In this document: in pieces, positions 53,826-55,140 of the stretch
Position numbering within the stretch: position 1 is the first letter of the stretch
How the letters are laid out: each line of letters opens with the position of its first letter
DNA from: a virus
Lineage: Duplodnaviria; Caudoviricetes
IMG/VR virus record: IMGVR_UViG_3300032281_000128
Coordinates: 1 to 55,140 of that record
Direction: 5' to 3' (one strand)
DNA: 55,140 bases
Position numbers and translations under genes: made by a program
The notes under the pieces: model-generated
Databases searched by the model: none
Told to the model about the DNA's origin: nothing
What the model saw: only the letters and a program-made list of their open reading frames with translations

Positions 53826-55140
53826 GCAACCGCGTAGACAAAGACAGCCTACAGCTTGACAAGCCTCGGCGCACACCGGGCCACCCCACCAAGTCTCACA
53901 TCGTGAAGACGAAGGTAGACGGTAAGGAGCGTATTATCCGCTTTGGTGAGCAGGGAGCTAGCACAGCGGGTAAGCCCAAGGTGGGTGAGAGCGAACGCAT
54001 GACCAAGAAGCGAGCGAGCTTCAAGGCGCGACACGCAAAGAACATTGCCAAGGGTAAGTCTAGCCCTGCGTATTGGGCTGACAAGGTCAAGTGGAACACC
54101 GGCGGGTCAGTTGAGCTGAAGAACATGCTCGACGATTACGAGTCCATTGATGACGTCACCCACCTCGTACAGAAATTCAAGAATGGTGGTCAGCCCAAGA
54201 AGGCCAAAGAGCCGAGCTTACTGGATTACCTTGAGAGCGCCGCTAACACGGTCACGTCTCTGCCCGACTTACCTAGCACTATCTACCAAGCTGGTAAACG
54301 TGCGGTACAATCCATTCCCGCTAACGTGCGCTCAGGTGTTAACTACATTCAACGCAGCACCCCGCAGCAAGTGATGCGAGATGCTCAGCAGACCGCTGGT
54401 GAGATCAAGGGTGGGTTGAACCGCATCGTCCGCCATGTTAAAGAGAACCCGGTGGAGACTATCATTGATGTAATCCCGGTAGTAGGTGATATCAAAGCCT
54501 ATGGCGAAGACGTTGGCCGCGCTGCTCGTTTGCGGGCACAAGGTGATGAGCGAGGCGCAGCGAACATTGAACAGTACGCGTTACCGCTCGCTGTAGCTTC
54601 AATCATTCCCGGCGTAGGTGAAGCGCGTAAGGCGGGTAAGGTGGCTAACTTAGTTGATGCGGCTGATGACTTGTCTGACGTTAAGCAGCTCACCCGTAAG
54701 CTGATCACCAAGCCAGAGCGTGGTCCAGTGTTACCCGGCCCCGGTGAGACTGACATCCTGTATCGTGGTGCTGCTCCGAGCGAAGGTAGGCCGCAATTTA
54801 TACCTGAGCGTCAACGTCGCGGTGTTACTTGGTTCAGTAACGACCCCAGAGTCGCTTCTGAATATGCGCACACCACCAACTACGACCCTGAGCTAGATGG
54901 TCCGACCGTAACCCCTGTTCGGTTGAAAACTAACTCTATGATGGACGTAGACGCTCAAGGTAACACTTACGCCGCTATTCCCCTGCCAGATGAATATTAC
55001 GACACCCGTGACGTTGATGACTACGCGTACGACCCGGCTGACATGTACGGAGAAGATACGGGTGGGACGCTGATGTCAAGCACTGACAAAATAGCACAGC
55101 TCGCTACAGATTTAGGTTACGACGCTGTGCGTATGCGGAA
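53822..55140 (+). CDS. N-terminal part of a ~664-aa junction-spanning protein: basic N-domain, PT-TG-like linker and first ADP-ribosyltransferase domain (continues to 799)
   Basis: Manually translated with no stop; RFGEQG...FKARH...SPAYWADKVKW; IIDVIPVVGDIK...IIPGVG; LYRG...TWFSNDPRVASEYA...VTPVRL. Confidence 0.75.
   Translation, partial: MSNRVDKDSLQLDKPRRTPGHPTKSHIVKTKVDGKERIIRFGEQGASTAGKPKVGESERMTKKRASFKARHAKNIAKGKSSPAYWADKVKWNTGGSVELKNMLDDYESIDDVTHLVQKFKNGGQPKKAKEPSLLDYLESAANTVTSLPDLPSTIYQAGKRAVQSIPANVRSGVNYIQRSTPQQVMRDAQQTAGEIKGGLNRIVRHVKENPVETIIDVIPVVGDIKAYGEDVGRAARLRAQGDERGAANIEQYALPLAVASIIPGVGEARKAGKVANLVDAADDLSDVKQLTRKLITKPERGPVLPGPGETDILYRGAAPSEGRPQFIPERQRRGVTWFSNDPRVASEYAHTTNYDPELDGPTVTPVRLKTNSMMDVDAQGNTYAAIPLPDEYYDTRDVDDYAYDPADMYGEDTGGTLMSSTDKIAQLATDLGYDAVRMR
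55018..55140 (+). repeat. Terminal direct repeat (copy 2)
   Basis: Identical to 1-123. Confidence 0.95.

Noticed and set aside
55018-55140. 123-bp terminal repeat as a biological DTR
   Set aside because: It lies mid-ORF and is an exact end overlap, typical of circular assembly; the true termini cannot be determined from this sequence
1-55140. Many antisense and alternate-frame ORFs in the track (e.g. 1077-1589, 8457-9068, 13951-14598, 46880-47560, 50317-50499)
   Set aside because: They overlap well-supported genes or the repeat array and lack RBS or motifs; only the Rz1 overlap is retained
1-55140. Integrase, repressor, tRNA, tape-measure or RNA polymerase genes
   Set aside because: None recognised by eye; tRNAscan and HMM searches are needed to exclude them formally

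Overview
Apparently complete, circularly assembled ~55.0 kb genome of a tailed dsDNA phage. Bases 1-123 are repeated at 55018-55140, giving a unit length of 55,017 bp. Podovirus-like layout on the + strand: terS, terL, HNH, a junction-spanning toxin-like protein, portal, GroES, scaffold, capsid, adaptors, tail fibres, a GH19/Rz/Rz1 lysis cassette and four large internal/ejection proteins. No tape-measure gene, integrase or tRNA was recognised. Spanins imply a Gram-negative host. The - strand arm (29.8-44.2 kb) carries RuvC, a Cas4-like nuclease, SSB, Sak4 and a family B DNA polymerase. It also carries a complete thymidine hypermodification operon: HD hydrolase, dUMP hydroxymethylase, 5hmdU DNA kinase, P-loop kinase, amino acid:DNA transferase and a PLP enzyme, with a dCMP deaminase elsewhere. 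Highlights: (1) this hypermodification cassette in a podovirus-like genome, with no radical SAM gene; (2) a ~664-aa ORF the ORF track misses because it crosses the contig junction, with a PT-TG-like linker and two tandem ADP-ribosyltransferase domains between terL and portal; (3) a recurrent hydrophobic-x-x-GG motif shared by putative head-packaged proteins; (4) a candidate chained-pseudoknot RNA after the capsid gene; (5) an 11-copy AATCGTTCG array upstream of terS; (6) conserved promoter/leader modules. All family assignments come from motif recognition by eye; no database searches were run.
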